From contig MU053504.1 in NCBI GenBank assembly GCA_013239625.1, positions 1,056,001-1,120,000 on the forward strand: DNA of 64,000 bases, written 5' to 3'. Position 1 is the first letter of the stretch. Every line of letters starts with the position of its first letter. The DNA is from Lama guanicoe (lineage: Eukaryota). The position numbers were made by a program, and so were the translations under genes. A model generated the notes under the pieces. The model had not been told where the DNA came from. It was given only the letters and a program-made list of their open reading frames with translations, and searched no databases. This document shows positions 12,601 through 25,634 of this stretch, piece by piece.

Positions 12601-14190
12601 CCTCTTACCTCTAGCCCAGAGGATGCACAGTCTCTGCCTCTGAGACCAGCTCCATCTGACTCCTCCTGGGCACCGGGACTAGGGTCGCAGGCCTTAGCCT
12701 CCTCTCATCCCAGAAGCAGTAAGACAGAGAACGGGAATTCCTTCTTCTCACTCGGATGTGGTTTGCGCCCCACGGCTGCCTTTCCGAGGGAGTGTATTCA
12801 ATGTTTACTTAAGAAATACCCTGTTTACAGCTGGAGGAGAAACGTACCCAATGCTGGGTGGAGATTTAATCCCTGGAGGGGGCCTGGCCTACTTCATGGC
12901 ACTGCCGGTGGTGACCCCAGAGTGAGTGAAGGCAGGGGGCCGGGGCGCTGGCCCTGCGCCCCGTCTGCCCCCAATCCTGCGGTGCTAAGACCACCTTCCT
13001 CACGGCCTTCCTGCCCTTGGACATTCCCCGCCTCCCTCGTTCCCTTCCTCCAAGCGTCTTGGCTCCTTAACATAGCAGTTATCGCCTAGAAAACCAGTGT
13101 TTGGAGCAATAAGATTATTATTATTTTTTGCTTGAGTCTTTTTCTAAGAAAAGGAGAAGAGCTGGCATTGTGGGAATCTTTCTTTTTTTGCTGTTGGCTG
13201 TTTACCTTTTCAGAAGACAGATCTTACTTGGGTGGATGTCTGGGTTTCAGCCTCGGGGTATCTTCAGGAAGCTTAGAGAGGCAGGGCCTCCCCCCCTAAC
13301 TGCCCCTGTCCTGCTCCGCACTGCCTGGGCTCCCAGCCCTGCCCACCAAGCGCTCCGCTCTCCCTGCCTACCTGCGGGGCACTGGTGGCTCTGCCTCCGA
13401 GTGGGGCTCTTGGGTTCTTGATCCTTTCCTCACCCTGGGCCTGTCTGGTGGCCCCCAGACAGGCATTGCCGCTGGAGTCTCCTAGGACCTGGCGACCTGA
13501 GAAGAACGTGCTCTGTGGGCCCCAGGCCTGGGGCTGAGGCACAGCCTTGTAGACATCCTGGGCCGTCTCTGATCCTGCCCTGCCCAGGCCTAGAGGGCAG
13601 GGGCTCCTGTCTGGAGAGAGACCCTGGATGGGGGGGTCAGGGACTGGGAGTGTGCCGTGAGATCAGCTCGTGTCAGCATCCACAGCGGTCAAGGGATGAG
13701 TCCATTGCCCTCGGTTCCCAGAGCCCCCAGGACAGCAGCGGAGGTGGGAAGGAGGCCCCGTGTCTTTCCCATGAGAGGCCACAGGAGGAAGGGAGTTTAT
13801 TTAGGGTCGTTTTAAAGCAATCTTTTTGTGCTCCAGGCGCCTCTCCATTAGGGCAGAGGAGTTTGTTGCAATGATTTAACACTCATGTGGGGCCAGCTTG
13901 GGTGTGAGGGAGGATTTGACCCAGGCACAGAGTTAGTTACAAAGACTAGTTAATAAATCTATTTTTCTTTATTTTCTTTTTTTGCACAGAAGCTGGTAAT
14001 CTAGGACCTACGTGTGAACAACTTTATATATGAATATTTTTTGTACTTGGTTTACTTGGGTTGGTATGATACATTATATTTAAGTTCCTTGAACACTGTG
14101 GATCCCCCTAATGTGTATGAATGACTGAGGCTTTGTAAATTAAGGGACGTTTGTGTGAATAAAGTTATTTGATGGGGTCAAAGAAGCCAT
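9647..14190 (+). other. Terminal exon / long 3'UTR of an unidentified + strand gene
   Basis: Branch gctgac and long pyrimidine tract ending tttcAG at 9645-9646. U-rich tracts at 9800-9890, ~4.5 kb with few recognisable interspersed repeats, AU-rich end with AATAAA signals. Phase-0 frame ends at TGA 9758-9760. Confidence 0.65.
13952..13957 (+). terminator. Proximal polyadenylation signal AATAAA
   Basis: AATAAA followed by a U-rich downstream stretch. Confidence 0.45.
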
Positions 14191-14226
14191 ACGTGATTTG
14201 AAAAGCAGTGCTTTGTGGTTTTGTTG
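14158..14226 (+). terminator. Distal polyadenylation signal (AATAAA plus GU-rich downstream element)
   Basis: AATAAA 14158-14163, upstream TGTA elements (14042, 14114, 14134), downstream gtgctttgtggttttgttg. Sequence turns GC-rich afterwards. Confidence 0.7.
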
Positions 14227-15349
14227 CCTCCTGTTTGGAGGAGCCTGTTCAGGGCCCGGTGGGTGAGGGGTGGGAAGATGGGACCCCCTGCTGCTTGGAG
14301 AGAAAACGCCTGGTGGCTGTGAGTGGCCTTCCCACGGCGCCCGGGGCAGGCACTGGGCAGCAAGGAACCCCACACGTGAGGGTCGGGAGGCCACACCAGG
14401 CCTGGTCTGCCCTCCCCAGTGTCCCAGGGCCCAGCCAGCACTGCCAGCCCCTCCAGACATCTCCAAGGCCCTTCCAGCCACAGCAGCAAGGGGAAGGGGG
14501 CTCTCCCCTTGAAAAGCTCAGCAGGGAGGTGGGCTCTCAGAGGGGCAGGGCAGCTCTGTGGGTGGAAGGGGTAGCACCCATGTCCGGAGAGCAGTGGTTG
14601 GCCTGGGGGTAAGAGAGGGCGTGTAGCCATCTCCCTCTGCCTGGCCAGCAAATGCCACATCCCGTGAGGAAGGAGGACTGGCATTTATTAAAGGCCAGGT
14701 GCTTCTGTTAACCTCCACTGGCCTGCGTGGTAGGTGTGCGTGCCCCTCTGCTGATGAGAAAACCAAAGCCCAGAGAAATCCAGAACACTTGGTGCCCCAG
14801 GAGACCCACATGCCTCACGCCGGCTGGGACGGCGATTCAGCCTCGCAGCACGTCCCTCTCAGGTACAGGGGCGGTGATGATAGCTACCTTCAGGGCAGTT
14901 AGAGGTTAATAAGAACCTAGTATTGGGCCCAGTACTTGGCACTCTCAATAAATGGTTCTATAGTTCCCTTTTCCCGAAGAGAGACTTGGGATCCTCCGGA
15001 AGTCTGCTGGACCCCGAGCTCTGACCCGGCACCTCACAGCCTCGGGAAAGCTTGCCAACCCGGTCAGGTTTGGTGCTGGACGAGGCGCCCACCACCCGGG
15101 CTTTTCCTGAGGAGGCCTGGTGAGCCGAGGAGTAACAGCCGCAGGAGGACAGTCAGGACTTTGGAATGTAGGTTGGGAGAGAAAGATAAGACGGGCTTCC
15201 TGGCCGATCTGAGAGTCCGCACGCTGCGTTCCAGGCCCGAGCGTTGGTGTCCAGTGGCTTCTGCCGAGGAAACTTCCTGCAAAGGATACATCTGTGCTGA
15301 GCCCGGGCGCTGGCCTGGACCTTGGAGAAGAACGACCCACAAGGATGTT

Positions 15350-15975
15350 TCTTTTTAATAACTGCTGAGATTATTCACCCTTTTGAAGTGTGTAGGCTAG
15401 TGGGTTTCAGTATGTTCAGAGTTGTGCAACCATCACCACTAATTCCAGAACGTTGTTATTGCCTCAGAAAAGAAACACATGCCCATCAGCAGTCATCCCC
15501 TCCCAAACTCGCGCCCCCAGCCCCAGGCAACCGCTAATCTACCTTTTGTGGCTATGGATTTGCCTCTTCTGGACGTTCCAGATAAACGGACTCATACAAT
15601 AGTGACCTCCGGGCCGGCTTCTCTCGCTTCATGTTGTTTTCAGGGCTCGTCAGTGTCCTAGTGTATATCAGTGCTTCCTTCCTTTTTACTGCTGAATAGT
15701 ATCGCATTGTATGGAGATACCAAATTTTTTTACTCACTATTACGAATAATGTAAGCATTCCTGTACAAGTTTTTCCACGGGCATGTTTTTAATGCCCTCG
15801 GGCACATACATATTTATGGCAGAATTGCTGGGTCATACAGTCACAGCATAATTTTTGAGGACCTGCCACATTGTTTTCCAAAGAGGGAGCACCATTTTAC
15901 ATTCCCACCAGCCACGTGCGAGGGTTTTCCTTTCTCCACATCTTTGCCCACGCTTGTTACTGTCTTTGTTGTCTT
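15350..15975 (-). mobile_element. L1MB-type LINE 3' end
   Basis: ttcagagttgtgcaaccatcaccac...ccccagccccaggcaaccgctaatct...tggatttgcctcttctggac...accattttacattcccaccagc, typical antisense L1MB 3' sequence. Confidence 0.85.
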
Positions 15976-17539
15976 GTTATGGACGTCTATGGCCTTGCAC
16001 TGCCAATGGTGGGTGAGGGGAGACTAGCAAATAGTTACTTAGATTCAGATCCAATCAGGCGCTGGGTGCAGGGCTCAGAGAACAGACTGGTTCTGCTGTT
16101 TGTTGGCTCCTTGACCTTGAGGCAGATGGCCTTTCTGATTTCATTTGCCTGTCTGCAAAGTAGGAAATACCCACTTCGTATGCTGGTTGGCAGGACTAAA
16201 GGTTTTTCATGCCACATACATGGTTGGCACCAGAGCATTTCCATATCTCCCCGTGTCCCGGGCACTGGGGGGTTAATTTGGGCAGAGATCAGAAATGAGG
16301 GGGCTTGGAGGACCACAGTATGTCCGATTTGGGCCTGGGTGATGAAGAATATGGGGCGTATTGCTATAACACGGGGTCTGTTGAGGCCAGACTGCAGAGG
16401 AGAGAGGTGCGTCCCCCAGGCCCTGGAGGGAAGAAGGATCTAGAGCGCCCAGAGCAGGCCAGTGTCCACTCCAGTGGAAGGGGAAGTTAGGCACCTGGCC
16501 TTCACTGACAGTCCCCTCTGCCCTGCTTCCTCATGTCCCTCTAGTTCCAGCCTCTGGCTTAATCACTTGGTAAATACCTGCTCCCAGTCACCTACTCAGT
16601 GCTTGTGAACCAGGCAGGCCCTGCAGACAGGGGGTTCCAGGTCCAGAGGAGGAAGGTCTCGGAAAAGCCAGGCACATCCTGGAGTGCCAGACCTGAGACA
16701 GAAGGATGTTCTGGGGCTTGTGAACTAGGGCAGGGTGGAGCGTGACCCAGGCCCTCCGCCCTCTCCAGGCCGTGCTGTGTGGCCCATCCACCTGCAGGGC
16801 CCTGACAGATTGCAGTGAGCACTGCACCCTCTTCCTTTTCTAGCCTTTCGACTTGGAGAGTTGTGGCATCTCCCCACCTCCCAGGTGGTTTTCGCCTCAT
16901 GTCCCACCCCGAGGAGAGCCTGTGGCCTTGAGACCCATCCCTTGGTTCAGCCTCCAAGCTTCCTGGATCATCAGTGCTTCCACATTGAACACCTAGTAAC
17001 AGCTCCTGACACTAATGTTCGGGAAATGCAAAACCAGATCATCTTTGCAGCTCTCAGATCCTAATTCCCTGTCAGGGGACCTTAGCCGCCCCATCTTGTT
17101 TCACCTGGGGCTGGAATCACTTCCTTCTTGCAAAAGCCTCCAATAATTGCCTCTGCTTGGTCTACTTGTTCCTTGAGGGCAAAAGGAATATGAGGAATTT
17201 AATAACCGTGGTCTGGGTCTCCTGCCAAATGCAGTAAGGCCCCAGCTCAGACAACTCGAATGTGGTGAGAACACAGAGAGAAGCTCCCCCAGCCAGCAGA
17301 TCGAGGCCCCTGCCAAAACCCTCGCATTCCTGCTTCCCATGCTGGCAGAGCCCTGCCGCCCTCCAGCTCATGCTCACCCGATGTGATGAGTAACTCAAGG
17401 TCTGCTGGGAGGCACCTGCAGTCAGCGGTGCTGACCCAGAACCTTCTGAGAGCCTGCCTGGTTTGGAACTTGCTCTGCCTCTTTAAAGACAGCCCATGGG
17501 GCTGACTGCATGAAGTCATCAGGGGTCCCATCTCCTTCT

Positions 17540-17830
17540 GGCTTCCTGCTCCAACGTCTTTAGCAAAGGGCCTCCGCCTTTAAGGTCACCTCCCGGTCCA
17601 GGAAGCCTGCTGGAGCTTCGGGCATTTTCCCTTCATCCCAGGCAACAGCAAAGAGGGAGGGAAGAAAAACGAGTGCCCTGTCCTTTTATGGCACAGTCCC
17701 CCAAAACCCCTACCACCCTGCCACTTACCTCTCATTGGCTAGAACTTAGCATGAGGCCACATCTGGTTCCAATGAGGCTGGGACCCAACGGGGGCAGTGG
17801 ACCAACCTCACTATGGTTGAGGGGAGACTG
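17540..17830 (-). mobile_element. MLT1 (MaLR) LTR fragment, J/K-like
   Basis: cttacctctcattggctagaacttag...ggccacatctggttccaatgaggctggga motif. Confidence 0.55.
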
Positions 17831-18139
17831 AGTGTTGGGTCGGCAAATAGCGAGCATGCCTCTGGTTCATTCTAATAAAGGTTAGGCATCACCATTATTA
17901 ATAATAGCACCGCAGCCTTGGGTTCAAAAAGAAAATACTCGAGTTAGCCAGAGGGGATCTGGGGCACCTTACTCAGAGCTGGGCAAAGGGCACCTATGCG
18001 GTGCATCCAGGGGGACTACCTGCTGCTGGGAGGGCTGTTGACTTTGGTTCTTCCCTTACTCAGTGACTCTGTATTGAGCGCCGTCCGTCCACGTGGCAGC
18101 ACTCTTCTAAGACAGGGGATACAGGAGAGATGGGTGAAG

Positions 18140-18350
18140 AGGCAGCATTTTGTGACAATTAAGAGAGTGGGGTCTGAAATACAGTGCCTGGGTTAGAGTC
18201 CCAGGTCTGCCACGTCCTGTGTGGTCCTGGGCAAGTTACTTAACCTCTCTGGGCTTCGTGGTCTTCACTTCTAAGATAGAGAATGTGATAAACATCATCA
18301 CAAGATTACTCTGAATTCTGAATGAATTAAGACAAATGAAATACTTTGAA
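18140..18350 (+). mobile_element. MIR SINE
   Basis: cctgggttagagtcccaggtctgccac...gggcaagttacttaacctctctgggc, near-consensus MIR core. Confidence 0.85.
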
Positions 18351-18974
18351 CACTGGAAAACAAAACTGCGATCTCTTCAGTGAGCTCACGGACCTCCTCG
18401 ACACCTAGTTTGCGTTCTTCCCTTTACCTTGAGTATCCACTGAGCACCTATTTTGCTGGGCACTGCAGACAACTCAAAGATGAAATACATCTAGACCTGT
18501 ATTCCCTCATCACAGGGATGTTTCTGAGCCCTCAGCTGTGCCAAACTCCATGTCCCAAGCTGACAGTCCTGAAGGAGCCTAGGTGGAGGTGCAGTCAGGT
18601 GAGGGACACACAGGGAACATATCCTGAGAACTTTGGTCCAGGCAAGATAGGCCTAAGGGGCTAAGAGACTTTCGTTGGTCCCAGTCTCCCTGTAGGGTGC
18701 AGCCTGTCCCCATCTGTTTCCCATAGTTCTGGTCAGGCATCCAGGCCTGTGGACAGGACTCAGGAGACAAGGCCACCCAATTCCAGCATAGAAAAGTTGT
18801 CCTTTGTTTTCCCAGGTCATCAGATGAGCAGTAATTAGGGAACAAAAGATGATTAGCCGTGGATGCCTGCAAAGCTGAGCCAGCCGCCCTCACCCCAGAG
18901 TCCAGCTAGGTCTCTGCTCTCAGGGCCCCAAATTCACTTCCCAGGGCCATTTCTCTGGATCCTCCCTCCCCGCA

Positions 18975-19018
18975 ACACACACACACACACACACACACGC
19001 ACATGCACACGCACACAC
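18975..19018. repeat. (CA)n microsatellite with imperfect tail
   Basis: Read directly. Confidence 0.95.
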
Positions 19019-19929
19019 CCTATTCTTGAGCCCCTCACCCACCCTCCCCAGCCAGCTTTGGAGAGTAGTTAATAAACTGAGTTCTGCCCGCCTGTGTCAG
19101 TTATTAATTTTTTGCCTCTCGTTCTAAAGTCTCCTTCAATATGTGCTTTAGAATAAACAACAGAATTCCTTTAAGAGTTCCTTCTTTAAAGTGAGCACAA
19201 TTTTAAGCTCTCCGTAGAAGACTCTGGAGGGGCATGGCAGGAGGGAAAGGCCTCCTGGAATTTCCAGCTCAGGGAGGGAGGTCTGCGGTGGATTCCTACC
19301 CCAGCCACAGGCACAGACTGCAATCCATCTGTGAATTTGCAGCCTCAGCCCAGTGATAACCTTTCCACAGCTCTCTTGAAACCACAGCCCCCTCGTGACC
19401 TGCACACAGTTGCCTGTGTCCTGGAGAGTCTCATGTACCTAGCACTGCTCCCTCTGCAAGCCTGTGTGTGGCCCGGGTAGCCTGAAGGCCCCCACTGCCC
19501 TTGACACAGTTTGCTAAAGGCCTGCTGTCCCCACATGTATACACTCTAGACAGTTGTCTAGTGAGTGCTTGCCCAGAAATTCCAGAGCAGCCCCAGCCTG
19601 GTTAAATCATCAAACTTCTCTGCTATCTGGTGGCTGAACTATATACCTTTTCCAATAAGGGCTAAACCCCTTCAGATCTGTCCTTCTTGAACATTCATGC
19701 TAAAGCTACAGCTAACATTATACTTAATGGTAAAAAGATTGAATGCTTTCCCCCTAAGATCAGGAACAAGAAAGGATGTCCACTCTCACCATTCAACATT
19801 GTACTGGAATTTCCAGCCAGTGCAAAGAGGCAAGAAATCAGACTAAAAACAGAAAAGCATGAGATTCATGAGATTAGGAAGACGTAAAACTGTCTTGATG
19901 AGCACACGACATCTATGTAGAAAATCCAA

Positions 19930-20200
19930 GGTGGGAAGGGATAAATTGGGAGTTCAAGATTTGCAAGTACTAACTACTATATATAAAGTAAATAAAAAAA
20001 CAGACTTCTTCTGTATAGCACAGGGAGCTATACTCAATATCTTGTAGTAGACAAAGAATATGAAAGTGAATATATGTATTTATATGTATGACTGAAACAC
20101 TATGTTGTGCACCAGAAATCGACACATTGTAACTATACTACATGTCAATAAATTAATAAATTAATTAATTAATTAAGGTGCTCTATTTGGAAAAAAGGAA
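19930..20200 (+). mobile_element. Young 5'-truncated L1 3' end nested in the older L1
   Basis: Flanked by an 11-bp TSD AGAAAATCCAA (19919-19929 and 20201-20211). Contains tgtatagcacagggagctatactcaatatcttgt and an AATAAA/(AATT)n tail. Confidence 0.9.
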
Positions 20201-20446
20201 AGAAAATCCAATAGAATCTACCAAAAAGCTACTAGAATTCATTGAGTTTAGCAGGGTTCCAGGATATGAGATCGACATACAGCAATCAATTACATTTCTC
20301 TGTGCTAGCCATAAATAATCAGAAATTGAAATAAAAAGGATAATACCATTTACAATGCCATCAAAATATGAACTACTTAGGAATAACTCTGGAGAGCTAC
20401 AAAATATTGCTGAGAAAAATTAAAGGAAGCCTAAATGACTGGAGAG

Positions 20447-20632
20447 ACAGAATTTCATGATTTGCGGACTCCGCATTTGCAAATTCACATACCCTCTGAA
20501 TCTGGGACCCCGAGTCTGTGATGACAGTGCTGCTGCAGTTAGTGATTCACAGGATGCACAGGGGAGCCCGGGGCGCACGTCCCAGCTGAGATAAACAAGG
20601 CGGCACTTGGCCGTCTTGATTCTGACTCTCAG
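20447..20632 (+). mobile_element. MER82-like (TcMar-Tigger) DNA transposon fragment
   Basis: tttgcggactccgcatttgcaaattc...gcgcacgtcccagctgagataaacaaggcggcact resembles MER82 5' sequence from memory. Confidence 0.6.
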
Positions 20633-21519
20633 CAAGAGATTTGAAAAGACATGTAACAAGAGAAAATAAACAAATGACAAATAGCATGTGAAAAAATGCT
20701 CAGCGTCATTTGTCATTCATTTAAAAACAAGTTAAGACCACAATGAGATAATCACTAGACATCTAATGTAATGGCTAAAATTAAAAAAGACGGAAAATGG
20801 CCATCTTGGTGGGTATGTGGAGGAAGTGGAACTCTCACACTCTGCTGAAAGGAATGGAAAACGGTATAACCACCCTGGAAACACATTGACCGTTTCTTAA
20901 AAATTAAATGTACATCTCCCGTATGATCAAGCTATTCCATTCCTAAGTATTTAACCAAGAGAAAAAGAGATGTATGTCCATATAAAGACTTACATGAGTG
21001 TCCACAGAAGCTTTATTTGTAATAGCCACAAACAGGAAACAACCCAAATGTCCATCAATGTATTAACATACAGATGAGCAAACTGCATACATCAATGCGA
21101 TGGAGTGCTACTCAGCGACAAAAAGGAATGAAATCTTGGCACACACAACAGCATGGATTAACCTATAGTAACTATGCTGAGCGAAAGGAATTAGACATAA
21201 AAAAAGAATCATATGAAAGTATGATTCTATTTATAGAAAGCTCTGGAAAACGCGAACCAATCAACAGTAACTGAAAGCAGACCAGTGGTTGCCTGGGGAT
21301 GCTGAAAGACTGGAGGGAGGATTAGGGAATGAAAATGAGGATGCCCGAGGAGGCTTTGGTCAGTGATGGGTATGTTCACTATCTTGAATATGGACACGGT
21401 TTCATGGGTGTACACATACATCAACAGTTATTAAATTGAACACTTCAAACATGTGCAATTCACTATGTCAACTGTGCCTCAATAAAATTGTTATTTAAAA
21501 AAAGCTGGGAGACACAAGA

Positions 21520-22750
21520 TTCAGTTTAAAGGGACTCCCACAGGCTAAACCTGGAACAATTTGAGCATCGAAAAGAACAATGGTGATAATGAATTTTTAA
21601 CACATTGACTAGCAATAATAAAAGAATGCGTGGTAATGCTACAGAAAGAGGGAGGGGAGGAAGAGGAAAGCTTTTCCTTACAAAAGAGTGTAGAAAGGGT
21701 AACAGAATTAGGAAAATTTCCGTATTGCAGCCACCAATGCAGTAATTGATTCTGGCAAGGAATCCATAGCTTTCACTGCATGAAAATCTGGGGAGAATTC
21801 ACACAGGATATTCACACAGACACAAATATCATCATTCATTACACAGATGAATTGCTTACAAGGGGAGAGATTAACTTTACAATGGAGAGATCCGTTGGAA
21901 CCACTTTAATCAAATGATCACATTTAGCATCACTGATGACAAGATAAACTGGCAAGGTGCCCTCCTTGTATAATGTGCCGGAGGGCACACAACCTCACCT
22001 CTGTAGAGCTGTTACCCAAAGTGTTCCACCCAAATCTAATCACGAGGAAACAATCAGATACGCCCAACTGGAGGGACATTCAACGTGACAACTGGGCTAT
22101 CTCTTTAAAAATGTCAGTGTCATGAAAGAAAAACTAGGCAGCGTGGAGGGTTCAGTGGACACCCTCATTCCAGGTCAGGCACTAAAGGAATGTCACAACC
22201 AAGAGAAGTTCCTAATCTTGATAGAATCCTGGGTTGAAAAAAAAGTCCAATTGAAAGAGCTATAAAGGGCATTATCAAGACGTTTGGGGAATTCAGAATA
22301 TGGGCTACATGATAACAGATTTTACGCTGATTTTATTGTAACAGTGCATGATGACACGGTACCGTGACGACGTGAAGCATTCTGGTTGCTTTGGTGTTTG
22401 GTGTTTTTGTTGTAGAGGAGAATGCCCTTGTTTCTGGGTGGTACGCACACGAGTACATGCTGATGTATTTAGGGGTGAAATTGTGTGACAGTTCCACCCA
22501 TACACCTCCATACTTGTCCTGTCTATCTGTCTGTCTATCTCTCCAGGGAGAGAAGAAAGAAGGAAGGGAAGGAGGATGATAAGGAAGGAGAGGAGAGAGA
22601 GCGAGAGAAAGAGATAGAGAGGAAGGGAGAGAAGGAAGTGCGTATGTGACAAAATTCCAGCAATAGGTGAGCCTAGATGAAGGGCATATGGGCGTCCATT
22701 GCAAGCTTCTTAACTTTTCCGTAGGTATAAGGTTGGAATTGAAGTTAAAA
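21520..22750 (+). mobile_element. L1MC/L1ME-type 3' UTR remnant
   Basis: caatggagagatcc...ccactttaatcaaatgatca...aaatctaatcacgaggaaacaatcaga...aaaaatgtcagtgtcatgaaaga motifs. Confidence 0.75.
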
Positions 22751-23379
22751 GCTGGAGGGGAGTAGTAGGGGTAGCTGCCCCACGGAGGGTCTTTCCAGCT
22801 TGGTGAGTTGGCTTAGGGCTCAGACCTTTGAGCACCAGGCAGTATCCGCGCCCCTCCAGACTGACCACCACCTGCTGCTTCTTTCTCTTTTCAGCAGCCA
22901 CAGCCTTTGGCCTGTCTGGCCTGGGCCATTGGTGGCAGGATGGTTGTCCCCTCCAGCCTGGCTCCTCTTGCTGCCCTTCTCTTCCAGAGTCCCTAGGGTG
23001 GCGCTCAGAATAAAATGCTGGGCGAGTAGTCGGGGTGGGGCCAGACATGGAGAAGCATCACAGTGGTCCTTTCCAGCCCCTGCCACAGCCTCGGGAGGTA
23101 TGAGTCCCCCAGCTCTGCTGGTAGATGGGAAACCATGTTTGCTGACAGCCGGGCTCGCCCTCGGAAACCCCGCGTGGCTTCTCTGGCACTGAGGGTGACA
23201 ACTCAAGCCCTATCATGGCACACAGGTCCTGGGTCTGCCACTGTCCCCTCCCTGACTGTCTTCTCTCCTCTTCGTCTCACTCACCCCGCTCCGGCTCCCC
23301 AGCTCACTCCCTCCCCTCTTGTGGTTTTGTTTCATCTTTCTCCTGAGCTCATGTCACCAATTTGCCTGCCATTGATCTG

Positions 23380-23525
23380 ACGTGTTTACTTCCTGTCTCC
23401 CTCGCCAGAATGCCACTTCCCAAGGGTGGTCGGTTTGACTGTCCTGGTCCCTGCTGTATTCCCAGCACTTAGAAGTGTGTCTGGGACATGGGAGGTGCTC
23501 ACTAAAGACTTCCTGAGTTACTGAT
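23380..23525 (+). mobile_element. L2 3' end
   Basis: ccagaatgccacttcccaagggt...ctgctgtattcccagcacttagaag...ggtgctcactaaa. Confidence 0.7.
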
Positions 23526-24759
23526 GCCTGCCTCCCTGTCCGGACAGTGTGTGCCTGTGCATGTGCGTGTGCGTATGCGTGTTGGGTGGGCTGGGGCCAG
23601 CCGGACCCTCACCGGAGACCCCTGTCCTGGCTGTAGGCAGAGTTCTCAGAGGGCTGGGTGGATGCCACTCGCAGCATCAACACGTTACATAATCTGGCAC
23701 CGGGCAGGGTACGAGGAGCAGGCAGGGCCTTTTATTACGTGTTCACCCAGAGAGGCTCCCCAGGCCGTGACCCGAGCTGCCAACCCTTCAGCTTTGTGCT
23801 CCCTAATTGCCACGACAGGCCTCACCGCCCATTCTCTGTGCCCACTGGCTCTGAAAAGAGGATGCACGGACGCTCAGGGCCTGGGAGGCGCTGGTATGTC
23901 CCGGACACTGTTGCCCAGGGCCTCGTCCCGCCTGGGCAGTGGTGACCCAGGAGGCCGAGACTGCCCGTCCCCCTGCCCACACATGCCCAGGGTGAGATGC
24001 TGCCTGTCTGCCCACTGACCTTTCCTGAGCTGGGACTCGTGGCCTGAGCTGCCAGGAGAGGCACAACTCAGGGCCTCAGGGCTCCCCTGCCCACAGAGTG
24101 ACCCAGGGCAGGTCATGGGGCTCTGCCAGCATTTGCGTCCTCTTCTGCTACCAGGCAGTGGTTGTGACTGAACTCACAGCGTTATGGACGCACATCAGGG
24201 CAGGTGGCAGGGCGGGTTCCCTGCACGGGTGACCCTTGAGCAGAGGCATAGCTGAAGTGAGGGGTGAGGCAGGTCGGGGCTGGGGAAGGGGGAGCAGCAA
24301 GTGCAAAGGCCCTGCATGGGGGGCCTGGAGAAACAGGAGGTGGCTGGCCAGGGTGGAGCTGACCGCCCTCCGACACTTGCCCTCTTCTTCCCACCCCCGG
24401 GGCAAGGACCCCAGAGTCTCCCTCAGCGCTTGCCAGGTAACAACCAAATCTGCCTATGCACCTGCTCTACGAGGTGGGCACCATGTGGAGCCCACTGCTC
24501 AGATTGGAAAACCCAGGCACAATGCAGTGAAGTGACTTGCCTAAACTCTGGCCGCTGGTGAGTGGCAGAGCTGGGATTTGAACCCAGGTAGCCCTGCCCC
24601 AGAGCCGAGTCCTACCCTCCGCTGCCCTCTATCAGGACTAAGGGAGGCTGAGGCCTGAGGAACACAGAAAGGGCTTGACAAATGTTCCTCATCCTCGCCT
24701 TTGTACATGGTACAACCACCTGGATGGCTCGTTAGGACACTGTTGGATCTGACTTGTGA

Positions 24760-24890
24760 TTTGCTATTATTGTGCCCATTTTGCAGATGAGAAAACCAAG
24801 GTCAGGAGCTGTTAAGTTACTAACCAATTTCACACAATTAGAAGATGGCAGAATAGGGATTGAACTTGGGTCTGTCTGATGCCAGAGCTC
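24760..24890 (-). mobile_element. MIR SINE
   Basis: attattgtgcccattttgcagatgagaaaaccaagg...ggattgaacttgggtctgtctgatgccagagc. Confidence 0.8.
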
Positions 24891-25634
24891 ATGCAGACCC
24901 AGAGGAAGACAGTTTCTTCAATGCCTTCTCTCCGTGACCAGTAAGTGACACATAGAGGAAGAGGGGCAGAAAAACCTGGTGGGCAGCAGACCAGGCAGGG
25001 GGAGGGGAAACCAAATCCAAGCCTTGTTTTACATTTTGGGGTTTTCTTCTGGATGGAAAGAGCCGTTCATTGTTGAGATGGCCACTGCGTTCCGCCTACT
25101 GAAGCATCTATAGCCAAGGTAATTGGGGGCCTCTGTCTGGACACTCAGTCCCTGAAAAGAATTTTCAGGTATTTTTCAGCCAGGAGTGCTGGATTCTACT
25201 TAGAATGTAAAATGCATGTGTGAAGTGTTTTCTCTGAAGTGGGAATAGGTAATTGATTTTTTTTTAAAAAAGAAAGCGACATTTCTGGGCTTGGGGAAGC
25301 GCTTTCAGGTCCCTTTCTTATTTTTCTGTGCATAAAGGCAATTATCCCAGGTCAGCTCTCCACACAGGCAATGGGACTCGCTAATTTTGCACAACAAATG
25401 TTTCACTGTAGCTTTTCCTTTTTGCAAGAAGGAGTATTGTATCAGCTTGTTTCACACCAGAGAGAAAAATCAGGTCCCGCCTTAACCTACGGATTGAGGT
25501 GAGAGATTCCAGAGGGTCTGGTACATCCTCTCTTTGCCTCTGCCTAGGGCAGCTGGGAGTCAGGCTCCCTCTCTGTGCCCCAGTTTCCTCATCTGGACAC
25601 AGTGATCATCCTGGCACCCACTGCTAACAATCCC

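Larger units (their letters stand above)
19690..21503 (+). mobile_element. Old L1 (ORF2 reverse transcriptase fragment plus 3' end), interrupted by nested insertions
   Basis: ORF 19687-19887 gives ATANIILNG...[12 protein letters not shown], matching L1 ORF2 RT. ORF2-like sequence resumes after 20211 (ESTKKLLE...). L1 3' sequence ends in aataaa plus an A-rich tail at ~21481-21503. Confidence 0.9.

Noticed and set aside
12310..13089. 259-aa + strand ORF (and others at 10.9-12.2 kb)
   Set aside because: Non-ATG start, Pro/Ser/Leu-rich translation of GC-rich 3'UTR sequence, no domain.
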